A stretch of DNA of 63,176 nt, counting the filler, from Octopus bimaculoides (lineage: Eukaryota), in the NCBI RefSeq assembly GCF_001194135.2. It is 7 parts of 6 records of this genome, joined end to end, with 100 filler letters (N's around TTAATTAATTAA, not from the genome) between each part and the next. Parts side by side here need not be neighbours in the genome. Positions count along the whole stretch, not along the records: positions 1 to 19,774 come from NC_068993.1; positions 19,875 to 49,029 come from NC_068991.1; 5 more parts are not named here. One strand, given 5' to 3'. The stretch's first letter is position 1, and each line of letters begins with the position of its first letter. The position numbers and the translations under genes were made by a program. Positions 9,944 through 21,012 of the stretch are shown here, one piece after another. The notes beneath the pieces were generated by a model. It did not search any database. It was not told where the DNA came from and saw nothing but the letters and a program-made list of their open reading frames with translations.

Positions 9944-10544
9944 AACAATATATGAGTATATGCATATATATGTACATGTATGTACATACCTTCATCTACA
10001 TGTACATATAGATACATATCTGGGTACATGACGTTGCAAAAGAACATGGACAAAATGATAAACAAGGTACAAAAAACAAGCAGGCCACATAGAGAAATAT
10101 CCTTCATCAGCTGCCACCNNNNNNNNNNNNNNNNNNNNNNNNNNNNNNNNNNNNNNNNNNNNNNNNNNNNNNNNNNNNNNNNNNNNNNNNNNNNNNNNNN
10201 NNNNNNNNNNNNNNNNNNNNNNNNNNNNNNNNNNNNNNNNNNNNNNNNNNNNNNNNNNNNNNNNNNNNNNNNNNNNNNNNNNNNNNNNNNNNNNNNNNNN
10301 NNNNNNNNNNNNNNNNNNNNNNNNNNNNNNNNNNNNNNNNNNNNNNNNNNNNNNNNNNNNNNNNNNNNNNNNNNNNNNNNNNNNNNNNNNNNNNNNNNNN
10401 NNNNNNNNNNNNNNNNNNNNNNNNNNNNNNNNNNNNNNNNNNNNNNNNNNNNNNNNNNNNNNNNNNNNNNNNNNNNNNNNNNNNNNNNNNNNNNNNNNAT
10501 ACATACATACATGCATACATACATATATATATATATACACATAC

Positions 10545-10615
<71 letters not shown>

Positions 10616-10838
10616 TACACACATACATCCATATATGTATATCAATTTAAATACACACCCGAAATAGCAACTAATAGTTTCATATCATGATACTTGAACA
10701 GGCAGATTTACAAAAATATGCCCCGTATACATCCAAGGAAGGTAGCAGACGCGCAAATTACCCGCCTCGACACTTCAAATCCGTTGACGAGGATCGACCG
10801 AAAGAAAGAAGAAAGTGGTAAGAAATTCAATTCACAAC

Positions 10839-11020
10839 CACATGCTTCTGGGTTCAGTGGCACCTTGGGCAAGTGTCTTCTGCTCTAGTCGTGGGTCAAC
10901 CAAAGCGTTGTGAGTGGATTTGGTAGACGGAAACTGAAAGAAGCCCATCGTATACATGTGTGCATGTGTGCGTGTGTGTGCGTGTGTGTGTGTGTGTCCC
11001 CTCGCCAACGCTTGACAACC
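10839..11020 (+). mobile_element. SINE family B, partial
   Basis: ctgggttcagtggcaccttgggcaagtgtcttc...gtgagtggatttggtagacggaaactgaaagaagccc. Confidence 0.8.
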
Positions 11021-11871
11021 TTTGGAATAATATCAATGTTGTCTTCGAAACATATGTCAGAAGTAAAAGAATTTGAATAACACCTGCGTTTAATTCCATT
11101 TATTTATTTATAATATACAAACTACTGCACATTAACCCGGAGTTTCTGCCTTTGAACAGGTTGCTACATCCTTGTTACTTGCGTGAATTTTGCTACGCTG
11201 GTAACTGTTTATTGAATTTTCCATGTTACTTGTAAACAAAAGAAAATTCACTCATCCATATATATATAAGAGATACCTGGCATTGCTCGGGATTAAAATG
11301 ACATAGTTTGTNNNNNNNNNNNNNNNNNNNNNNNNNNNNNNNNNNNNNNNNNNNNNNNNNNNNNNNNNNNNNNNNNNNNNNNNNNNNNNNNNNNNNNNNN
11401 NNNNNNNNNNNNNNNNNNNNNNNNNNNNNNNNNNNNNNNNNNNNNNNNNNNNNNNNNNNNNNNNNNNNNNNNNNNNNNNNNNNNNNNNNNNNNNNNNNNN
11501 NNNNNNNNNNNNNNNNNNNNNNNNNNNNNNNNNNNNNNNNNNNNNNNNNNNNNNNNNNNNNNNNNNNNNNNNNNNNNNNNNNNNNNNNNNNNNNNNNNNN
11601 NNNNNNNNNNNNNNNNNNNNNNNNNNNNNNNNNNNNNNNNNNNNNNNNNNNNNNNNNNNNNNNNNNNNNNNNNNNNNNNNNNNNNNNNNNNNNNNNNNNN
11701 NNNNNNNNNNNNNNNNNNNNNNNNNNNNNNNNNNNNNNNNNNNNNNNNNNNNNNNNNNNNNNNNNNNNNNNNNNNNNNNNNNNNNNNNNNNNNNNNNNNN
11801 NNNNNNNNNNNNNNNNNNNNNNNNNNNNNNNNNNNNNNNNNNNNNNNNNNNNNNNNNNNNNNNNNNNNNNN

Positions 11872-11911
<40 letters not shown>

Positions 11912-11914
<3 letters not shown>

Positions 11915-12360
11915 GCACTTTTCTTGTAATTGTCTGATAGTAAAGATACAATCAGCTGTGCCCATGGAGGAACGAAAACCATACTGAGGCTCAGGTACTA
12001 TATTTGGAACTTTGAAGGTATTTATACGTTCTAACAAAATGCAGGCAAGTACCTTTTCAACCTCAGACAAAAGCAAAATCCCACGAAAATTCCCACAGAT
12101 CCTTTGGCTCGATTTATACAAGGAGACTAAAATAGCATCAATCTAGTCTTGAGGCACTTTCTCAGTTCTCCAACAGTGACGAATTAATATAATTAAGAGT
12201 TCAAACATTTTGTTACCTCTATATTTCAAGACTTCTGCACAGATTCCACCAGACCCTGGAGACTTATTGTTATTCAGCTTATTCACAGCTAAAAAAATGT
12301 CATTTGGAGTTGGTTCAAATGTCATCTCTTCTATAACTGGAAGGTGTTCGATTTTTTGCA
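11912..12360 (-). mobile_element. RTE (BovB-like) LINE RT fragment
   Basis: LAVNKLNNNKSPGSGGICAEVLKY...WRTEKVPQD*IDAILVSLYK..CGNFRGILLLSEVEKVLACILLERI...EPQYGFRSSMGTADCIFTIRQLQEKC, RT domains 0-2 of the RTE clade. Confidence 0.9.
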
Positions 12361-12562
12361 AATATATACATACATATATATATGTGTGTGCGTGTGCTTC
12401 GTGTATATAGTTGTGTATATCTGTGCATGTACATGTGTACACATTGATATCAGCTGAGATAAATATATCTACAACACTCAATTGCATAATAGACAGAGAC
12501 GTGAAATAATAAAACGTGATAGTGTTGGAGAGAAATGCGACAGTCTGCTGGTGGAAGGACAT

Positions 12563-12593
<31 letters not shown>

Positions 12594-13491
12594 TTGAATG
12601 TGTGTGTATTTGAATGTGTGCAACACACACTAATTTTTAAAATAGGACAAAACTAAAATGAGACTGTGTCGAGAATCTTCCCCTACCCCATTCTTCAGTT
12701 TGTTCTAAAATATCCTCAATGTTTCTCTCTGTGTTTATGTGTCTCGTCGGTTGACGATTTATCTTTATCATTCGCAATCTTTTCTGCATATTTAGGCAGT
12801 TAAACAAGGTTTTTTATCGTGACCCTATTGCATTTAAAGGCCAGGAGGCGAATTCGCAGGCGTATTGGTAGAAATGTAATACAAATCGATCCCAACGCCC
12901 ATTCATCGATGAAATAATAGTGTAAATAATAAACTTGCTTTAAATTCACAAATATGAAATGATATTGGGTATTATGATAATTAATAAAAAACAGAAGAGA
13001 ACAATACAGAAGCTTGTGATTGTACATTAATAGAGATTTATCTGTTTGCGCTGTTACTTCTGAACATGACACCTCAGGCGGAATGTCACGAACATACATA
13101 CATATCCATTACGTTTAGTTTCAATTATCTTTATTAAATAAATAACAAACAAAATCTCTTCATATCTTAAAAAGATAAATCATATTGCCTTTGATTAGGT
13201 GATGGTGGTTAGTATCCACGTGCATGGCAATCTGGTTGTGTGCGTGGCGGGTGGGGGGGTATGTTTTTGAGGAGGCAGGCGTTGATGACAGTGACACGGC
13301 CAGAGGAGTGTAAAAGAGACAATCACATTCGGAGAACTTTTAAGACCAATCACGACTCATGAATGAACGGCTGATATTTATTGGGCTATTAAAAGACAGA
13401 GAAAATCTAGTCACAGACATATTTTGTATTATCTTGTTTTCGGTGACGTCTCTACCACACGTGTCAGATAAGACAGAGATAGAAGTACGTG

Positions 13492-13494
<3 letters not shown>

Positions 13495-13570
<76 letters not shown>
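13495..13570 (+). repeat. (CA)n microsatellite (one example of dozens of CA, TA, GA, TACA, GATA and TAA tracts)
   Basis: Uninterrupted ac repeat of ~75 nt. Confidence 0.95.
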
Positions 13571-13573
<3 letters not shown>

Positions 13574-14382
13574 AACACCCACCCACATACGGGTGAATAT
13601 TTTCACGTTTGTGAATATGTGAAAGTGTAGTATAAATTTTTAGTTTTTTCTTTCTCACCCTAACATACACATAAATATATTCTTACGCCTACGCATACAC
13701 AAACATACGAATTAATATGTGCACAGTGCACGGTAAATCAATTTTCATCATTTATGCTTTTTGCCTATTAAAAAATAATCACAAAATATTAATTATTATA
13801 CTTAATATGCATCTTAATTAAAAGAATTAATTAAAACTCAGTCTAGTTAAGCGTTTGCTGGTGAGCATGTGTGTTTTCCAAATGTCGGTGCAACGAATTA
13901 TTTGCTGAGATTTTTCTGGGTATGTTTTAGCCATTAATTTTTTACGGCTAACAATTCCAGTGCTGTTATCGTAAACTCAACATTTCGGTAGATATTTTTC
14001 TATTTGCAATTCTTTTCCATCAACATTAATGAACACCAATGTAATAAAAAGAAATATAGCAGTAAGACAATTTGCTATGGTAGTTTGCTAAAGTTAAAGT
14101 AACAATTCCACGACGAAAATTGTTACAGACAAAACTAAAGCATCAATTTTTGAATGAGTCACATTCAAAGCAACTCTACAACCAAATTATAGACTAATAT
14201 CTAGTTCTTACGCAATTTTATGTTAATCGGTGGATTCATTTAATTTCAGTTATTTTTGGTTTGGTCTAGAGGAAGAAGCTGTGCCCTTAGCTATCTCAAA
14301 CTCTCTGAGGCCCTTAAATTGATGCAATTCATGCATACATATCTGGCATATTTGCAAGTATAATAATTGCAATAATCTGCAG

Positions 14383-14454
14383 GAGAAAAAGAAACACATG
14401 AGCAGGAAACGAATGGACGTCAAACTTTCTGGGAAGAAAGTGTTTGGTGTGGTG
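14383..14454 (+). other. Candidate 72-nt exon (unconfirmed)
   Basis: ctgcag|...|gtgagt boundaries; open in phase 0 (EKKKHMSRKRMDVKLSGKKVFGVV) and phase 1; no recognisable family. Confidence 0.2.
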
Positions 14455-14554
14455 GTGAGTTTTGGAAGATGGTAACAATACAAGTAACAAGAGGAGGGGG
14501 ATAAACGAGTGAATCGAGAGTTGTTGGGAGGGGCGGGGGTGACACAAGACTTAC

Positions 14555-14588
14555 TCTGACCAGCAGCAGCAGTAGCAGCAGGGGCCAC
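14555..14588 (-). other. Candidate 34-nt exon followed by a 178-nt intron (14377-14554) and a terminal exon (unconfirmed)
   Basis: Minus strand aactttag|GTGG...TCAGA|gtaagt and strong acceptor gtgtttctttttctcctgcag|ATT. Confidence 0.25.
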
Positions 14589-15888
14589 CTAAAGTTGCTT
14601 ATTAGGGCTCAGATTACTGTTTGTCTTCAAAATAGTATTGGGGTCAAGGTTAAGTTCAGGATAGGATTAAAGCTAGGGTTAAATTATTTTTCACTAAACT
14701 GTGATCCTCTAGTCAGTGTGTGTGTGTTGGGGGTGGGCGTTATAGTGACGGAGCGAGGAGGCAGTACGTTTGTGGACGTTGCTACGAACAGCTTCGTGTT
14801 CGTCAGTTGGACAGCGTGTGCGCGCGAGCATGTGTGGAGTCCAAGATGTGTGTATGTGTATCAACACCTTTTCTTCATATATGATGTCTTAACTAAGTTT
14901 TGGGAGAGTTAATAAATGTTGAGGACTGAAGGATTTTCTGGTCATGCTGAAGATGTGTGATCGCCTGTTACGATGGAGCCTAGTATATGTAACGACCCGA
15001 AGGTTTCTAATTGTGTAATGTCCATGTTTATGGCAAATGGTGCCCAGTGTACCCATCTTTACATCTCTCCTTATCCCTGTTGTCTTGCACTTTCCTAACT
15101 AAATATTTCACTCATTCCTATACCCATGCAACTGCAATCTTTCCGTTACCCCTTCTCTAGCTTCTCAGTAAGGGGCGAACTTTATAGTCACGGGGCGAAA
15201 GAAAAATCGCAGAAAAATGCCACATTCATTTATGCAAATGAAATAATAGGTCAATTTAATATTCAAGTTGCTTATTAGGGTTGCTGTTAAGGTTAAAAAT
15301 CTAGTAATAATTACAGATAGGATCAGAGTTAAGACGAGTTTTGAGTCAAGTTACGATTAGCATTAAGTATAAGGTTCGGGAAAGGGTTAAATAATTTTTC
15401 ACTATATTATGATCTTCCAATATGCGTGCGTGCGTGTGTGCATGTATATGTGTGTGCGTTTGTGTGTCTATTGTAACTTTTTTTCCTGCATTTTCAACAT
15501 CTATCAACAGCACTGAACATCGAATGTCTCCTCACTGCTTCAAATTAAAAAAAAAAAAACTTGCTGTAACTTCTAATTTCACACTATATCTTTTCTTTTT
15601 TTTTTCTGGGTTATCATTCATACTAATAGCTTTCTATAACATATTAATCAATATCATACTCTATACTGCAATTACAATGTCTGCTAGTATTTACTATAAC
15701 CAGCTCGACCATTCCTCATAATATTAGTATACGTACAGATAGGTGGACTGGTGGAAGTTGTGCGGTCATGGCATAGTTTATTTCACATTGTCAGCGAGAT
15801 GACACGAACCATCGATCTCCCATCGTTAGACCAATACTCTACCAATTCCCTTGTACTCCACTACAACAACGATGGCAATTTAAGTTGC

Positions 15889-15919
<31 letters not shown>

Positions 15920-16540
15920 CTCTGTCTACGTCTGTGCAACGTTGTCTGTGTGAGAGGTATGACCTGATTATATAGTTTCGGGTGTCTGCTAGTGTTATAC
16001 AGTTTCGACTCTCTCGGTTGGCGTGTCAACCTACATTGAAAAGGGCTGTCTGCATTTCTGAGACACTTTCTTCTTGGAAGTTTAGCTAACATCCCCCACT
16101 TCCCACACAAATGCTCACACTCACACGCACTAATAAATATGTACACACAAAAACACATTCATAGACATATAAATGCTTGTAATATGTCTATCTCTCCCTC
16201 TCTCTCTCTTCCTATCTCTCTCCCTCTCCCTTTCTCCCCCCTCTCTCTCTCCCTCTCTCTGTGTACGTGTGTGTGTGTGAGTATGTTTGTATATGTGTGT
16301 GTGTTCTATGCATACACGCACATATATGTATACATATATATATATATATATACATATATACATATAATATATGTATANNNNNNNNNNNNNNNNNNNNNNN
16401 NNNNNNNNTATATATATATAAATGCATGTATACGTTTATATATGCCTAAAATATATGTGCGTGTGTAGTTGCATATAAAAATACACTGGTATATATAAAA
16501 ACGCTCAGACATGTGATTACACACAAATACACACACACAC

Positions 16541-16580
<40 letters not shown>

Positions 16581-17954
16581 TGTATGTGTGCATGTATGTA
16601 TATGTATGCATGTATAAGGGTGTGTGTGTGTGTGTGTGCGTGCGTGCGTGTGTGCGTGCATGCGTGCATGCGCGTGTTGGTGTGCAAATAAATGTATTTT
16701 AGTTCACAACCAGTTGTGTATGTGCATAAACACACTGACAGGTGCATGTATGTAAGCCCTCGTACTGAAAATAGACTTATATACATAGATCTATCTATAC
16801 GGAATGTCTATATTGCTGTTCCTAATATTGTTGTTACTATTGTTGTTGTGGTTTTTGCTCTTACTAAGCTCATTGTTATTGTTTTTATAGTTGTTGCTCC
16901 TAATTTGCTGCCGCTACACCAGTTGTTGTTTCTATCAAAGCTGTGCTGCGCCTGTTGTTGTTGTTGTTGTTGTTAAAGTTGCTACACTGGTCTTGTTTAT
17001 TAATTTATTTTGTACTTTCCTTCCTTCTCTCCTTCCTTTCTTCATCTCTCCCTCCCTTCCCTCCATTCTTTCTGCTCTCCTTTTTCTTTCTTTCTGTTTC
17101 TTGTTTCTTTCTTCTTCCTTTCTTTCTTCTTCCTTTCTTTCTTTTTCTCTTTCTTTTTTCTTCCTTTCTCTACTCTGTGTTCACAAGTTCCATACCACTA
17201 ACAGCAGCAGCACCACCACCACCACTACTAACAACAACACCATTTCTACACACAACATTCATACCACTGTCGCCACCACCAAAAATACCTATACACCTCC
17301 CAGTACTACACACATCACCACCACTATTAACACTACTACCAGAACTATATTATCAACGACCACCATCACCACCACCACCACCACAAGCAACGCTATCATT
17401 GCCCCCACCCCAGCCTACCCCGCATAAATGTGCAACAATGTTTCTGTGGTATGTGCTTAGTTTCTTATGAAACTATCAGTAAAGCCCAACAGTCTGCGGT
17501 TTACTAAAGTGTAGTGGTAGTGGTGGTGGTGGTGGTAGAGTTCGTGGTAGCACTTGTGATATCGTGTTGATAGTGGTATTGGTTGTGATATTGCTTGTGA
17601 TATGGTGTTGGTAGTGGTAATGGAGACGCTGGGAGTGGTATGGTGCTGGTAGTAGTATGGTAGTCGTAGTGATACTGATGGTGATATGTTTCGGTAGCGC
17701 TGGTGGTAGTAGTAGTAGTGATACTAGAGAGACGTGTCTGAAGTAAGTTTTCGAATAAGGCTGAAGGTTCATTCATTATGGAAAGGTTTCTTGTTTTGCA
17801 GGATTTTCTTTCCCGACTTTCTACATGCCATCTAGAATAAAGATTGCACTGATGGAGGCTGCTGGTTTTATTTGCTGGAGCTGGAGTGTGAGACAACACA
17901 GTCCTTTCATTCATTTATTCATCCATTCATTCATTTAGTCCATCTTTCTTTCTC

Positions 17955-18006
<52 letters not shown>

Positions 18007-18192
18007 TCCCAACTATCTCTACTTTCCAACATTGTTCATTCATTACGAAAACCTAATCATACAAACATACATACATGCATAAATACATACTACGTATATG
18101 GTCGTATACCAATGAGTATATATAAACTTGATTCTCCTTCCCTTTTACTCTCACTCCTTCATATAGACACACAAAACATTCACATGTATATA

Positions 18193-18235
<43 letters not shown>

Positions 18236-18450
18236 NNNNNNNNNNNNNNNNNNNNNNNNNNNNNNNNNNNNNNNNNNNNNNNNNNNNNNNNNNNNNNNNN
18301 NNNNNNNNNNNNNNNNNNNNNNNNNNNNNNNNNNNNNNNNNNNNNNNNNNNNNNNNNNNNNNNNNNNNNNNNNNNNNNNNNNNNNNNNNNNNNNNNNNNN
18401 NNNNNNNNNNNNNNNNNNNNNNNNNNNNNNNNNNNNNNNNNNNNNNNNTA

Positions 18451-19256
18451 GGTTCGTTCAAAAAATTATCCGACGTAATTTTTTCCGCCGAAACAAACTG
18501 CGTGGAAAGAATCATTTGTGTGGATGATTCATGAAAGTCTTCGCGCCAGTAGGCCGCGTCAATTCCCAACTGTTTCGTCCAAAATACAAACGTGTACTGA
18601 ACGCTCATCCGATTTTCATTTTCATGCAAGATGACCGAACGCATTGAGGAGAGACTTTAAACCCACGTCTCGTCACCAGTGATGATGGTCTTCATGAAGT
18701 CTGGATCGTGCTTTGCACAGTCCAGCATGTACTGAACGATTTCCATGTGGAGTTGCTTCTGCTGTTCCGCTAGCACATTAGAGAAGAATTTCGCCGACAC
18801 TCTCCGAATGCACTTATCCTGTGCTTAATCTTCACTTCGTGTGCAATTTCCTGCATTGTTACAAAACTCTTGACTATATGTCGAACCTTCTCAATCGGCT
18901 CCCCGTTTCTGCTTGTGTATGGCCTGCCTGAGCGTACCTTGATCTTCATCGAGACACGATCATATATGAAGCGGTTGTACCACTTCTTGATCTGAGTTTT
19001 GTCCATGGTATTTTCGCCAAAGGCCTGCTGAATCTTCTGGATGGTTTGAGCTTGAATCTCACCAAACTTTTGGCAAAATTTTATTCCATATCTCACGATG
19101 CCAATATCTCTTAATGCCATATCTGGGCGATGCGTTAGGTTAAAACGCAAATCCGACGAGTGCGCAATACACGTCTGTACACTATCGGAGTTGGTCCCAG
19201 TTGTCACAACGTAATTGCTTTTACTTTTCCACAAGCGAGAATAATTTCAGTAAACC
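18451..19256 (-). mobile_element. Internally deleted mariner element
   Basis: N-terminal HTH RYGIKFCQKFGEIQAQTIQKIQQAFGE..KKWYNRF..RSGRP, then KTIITGDETWV; degenerate TIRs ggttcgttcaaaaaattatcc / gagaataatttcagtaaacc, each flanked by TA. Confidence 0.85.
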
Positions 19257-19334
19257 TAGAATTTATCTTCAATGGCATTAATAAATGTTATTTATATATA
19301 TACTATATATGTGTTTTATATACACATACGTATA

Positions 19335-19598
19335 GGCATAGGAGTGGCTGTGTGATAAGAAGCTTGCTTCTCAACCACATGGTTCCGGGTTCAGTCTCAC
19401 AACGTGGAACTTTGGGCAAGTGTCTTCTACTATAGCCGCGGGCCGACAAAGCTTTGTGAGTGGATTTGGTAGACGGAAACTGAATGCCCGTCGTATACAT
19501 ACATACATACATACATACATACATACATACATACATACATGTGTGTGTGTGTGTGTGTGTGTGTATGCAGTCAAATGACTGAAACAAGTAAAAGATAG
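19335..19598 (+). mobile_element. SINE family B
   Basis: ggcataggagtggctgtgtgataagaagcttgcttctcaaccacatggttccgggttcagtc...gcagtcaaatgactgaaacaagtaaaag. Confidence 0.85.
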
Positions 19599-19874
19599 AA
19601 AAGAATACATACATACACACGCACACGCACACACACAAACACACACACACGCACACACACACATATATATATATATACACGCACACACAAATACATACAC
19701 GTATATATGTGTGTGCATGTAGGCTAGTAAGTATTATGACTGACTGGAACTATGTCACTGAATGTGTGTGTGTGNNNNNNNNNNNNNNNNNNNNNNNNNN
19801 NNNNNNNNNNNNNNNNNNTTAATTAATTAANNNNNNNNNNNNNNNNNNNNNNNNNNNNNNNNNNNNNNNNNNNN

Positions 19875-19917
19875 CAAGCGATATTGGGGGGACAAACACA
19901 CACACACACACAAACAT

Positions 19918-19948
<31 letters not shown>

Positions 19949-20111
19949 CATATATATGACGGGCTTCTTTCAGTTTCCGTCTACCAAATCCACTCATAAG
20001 GCTTTGGTCGGCCCGAGGCTATAGTAGAAGACACTTGCCCAAGATGCCACGCAGTGGGACTGAACCCGGGAACATGTGGTTGGTAAGCTAGCTACTTACC
20101 ACACAGCCACT
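19875..20111 (-). mobile_element. SINE family B
   Basis: gacgggcttctttcagtttccgtctaccaaatccactcataaggctttggtcggcccgaggctatagtagaagacacttgccc...cttaccacacagccactc. Confidence 0.9.
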
Positions 20112-20472
20112 CATAATTCTCCCTGTCTCTCGTCGCTCACCTTTGTTCCACTTCCTCCCTTTTCCTCTCTCTACCACTCCTCGTTGATCACATGTGACCT
20201 GTGGTCACCTCTTCCTTTCTCCCTTCGCCCAGCATAAAGGCAAGACGAACTACTGTCTCTCTCCGCTCAGGTTAGTCACATCACAGCGTTCAGTATCTCA
20301 TCGCGTTCGGCTTAACGGCCCTTAATGTTGTTTTCACTGTTTAATTTTTTCCTGTCTTGGTTTTTATTTGCTACTTTGGAACCCTCCGCTTAGCAAGTTA
20401 ATCCACTTCGCGGGAAGAGCTATTCTAAGAGCGCGTTCTGCCTCATCTTCGAAACGCCTAGTTTAGAATAGA

Positions 20473-20660
20473 GGCAGCTGATGAAGGAAAAGTTCCATAA
20501 GTGGCTCGTCTGTTTTCCTATGTGTTCATTCTGTTGTCCGTAAAAAAGTCCGTTTTTTGTGCTTTGTTTATGTTCCCGTTCCTTTTTTGACGTCTTGTAC
20601 CCGGATATGCATCTATATATACATGTAGATGTAGGTATGTACATATATGTATGTAAACAT
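20473..20660 (+). repeat. Unclassified dispersed repeat (second copy on the minus strand at ~9965-10118)
   Basis: Shared ggcagctgatgaagga...gtggc...cttgtacccggatatgcatctatatatacatgtagatgtaggtatgtacat. Confidence 0.7.
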
Positions 20661-20814
20661 GCATATGCTCATATATCATTAGTATTATTATTATTATTAC
20701 TATTATTATTACTATATATATATGAGAAATAATTAAGATTCATTTGAATTAGGCACTTAAGTTAAAGCATCATGTCAGTCCGGTACTACCTGCACAGCTC
20801 GAAGCTGAATAAAA

Positions 20815-21012
20815 TCTGTGTTTGTCCCCCCAACATCGCTTGACAACCGATGCTGGTGTGTTTACGTCCCCGAAACTTAGCGGTTCGGCAAAATAGACCG
20901 ATAGAATAAGTACTAGGCTTACAAAGAATAAGTCCTGGGGTCGGTATCTTCGACTAAAGGTGGTGCTCCGGCATGGCCACAGCCAAATGACTGAAACAAG
21001 TGAAAGGGTAAA
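20815..21012 (+). mobile_element. SINE family B, 3' half
   Basis: gtgtttgtcccccaacatcgcttgacaaccgatgctggtg...cagccaaatgactgaaacaag. Confidence 0.85.

Noticed and set aside
14555-14588. Cysteine-string protein (DNAJC5)-like CCYCCC
   Set aside because: Comes from a CAG/GCT repeat; no J-domain exons or flanking similarity.
16891-17772. Thr/Pro-rich mucin-like ORFs and the complementary ACC / GGT tracts
   Set aside because: Derived from degenerate trinucleotide repeats; no splice or start context and no domain.
19819-19830. TTAATTAATTAA islands inside N runs (also ~49075, 50319, 54422, 57397, 60701)
   Set aside because: Identical 12-mer with stops in all six frames placed between padded gaps: an assembly linker, not biology.
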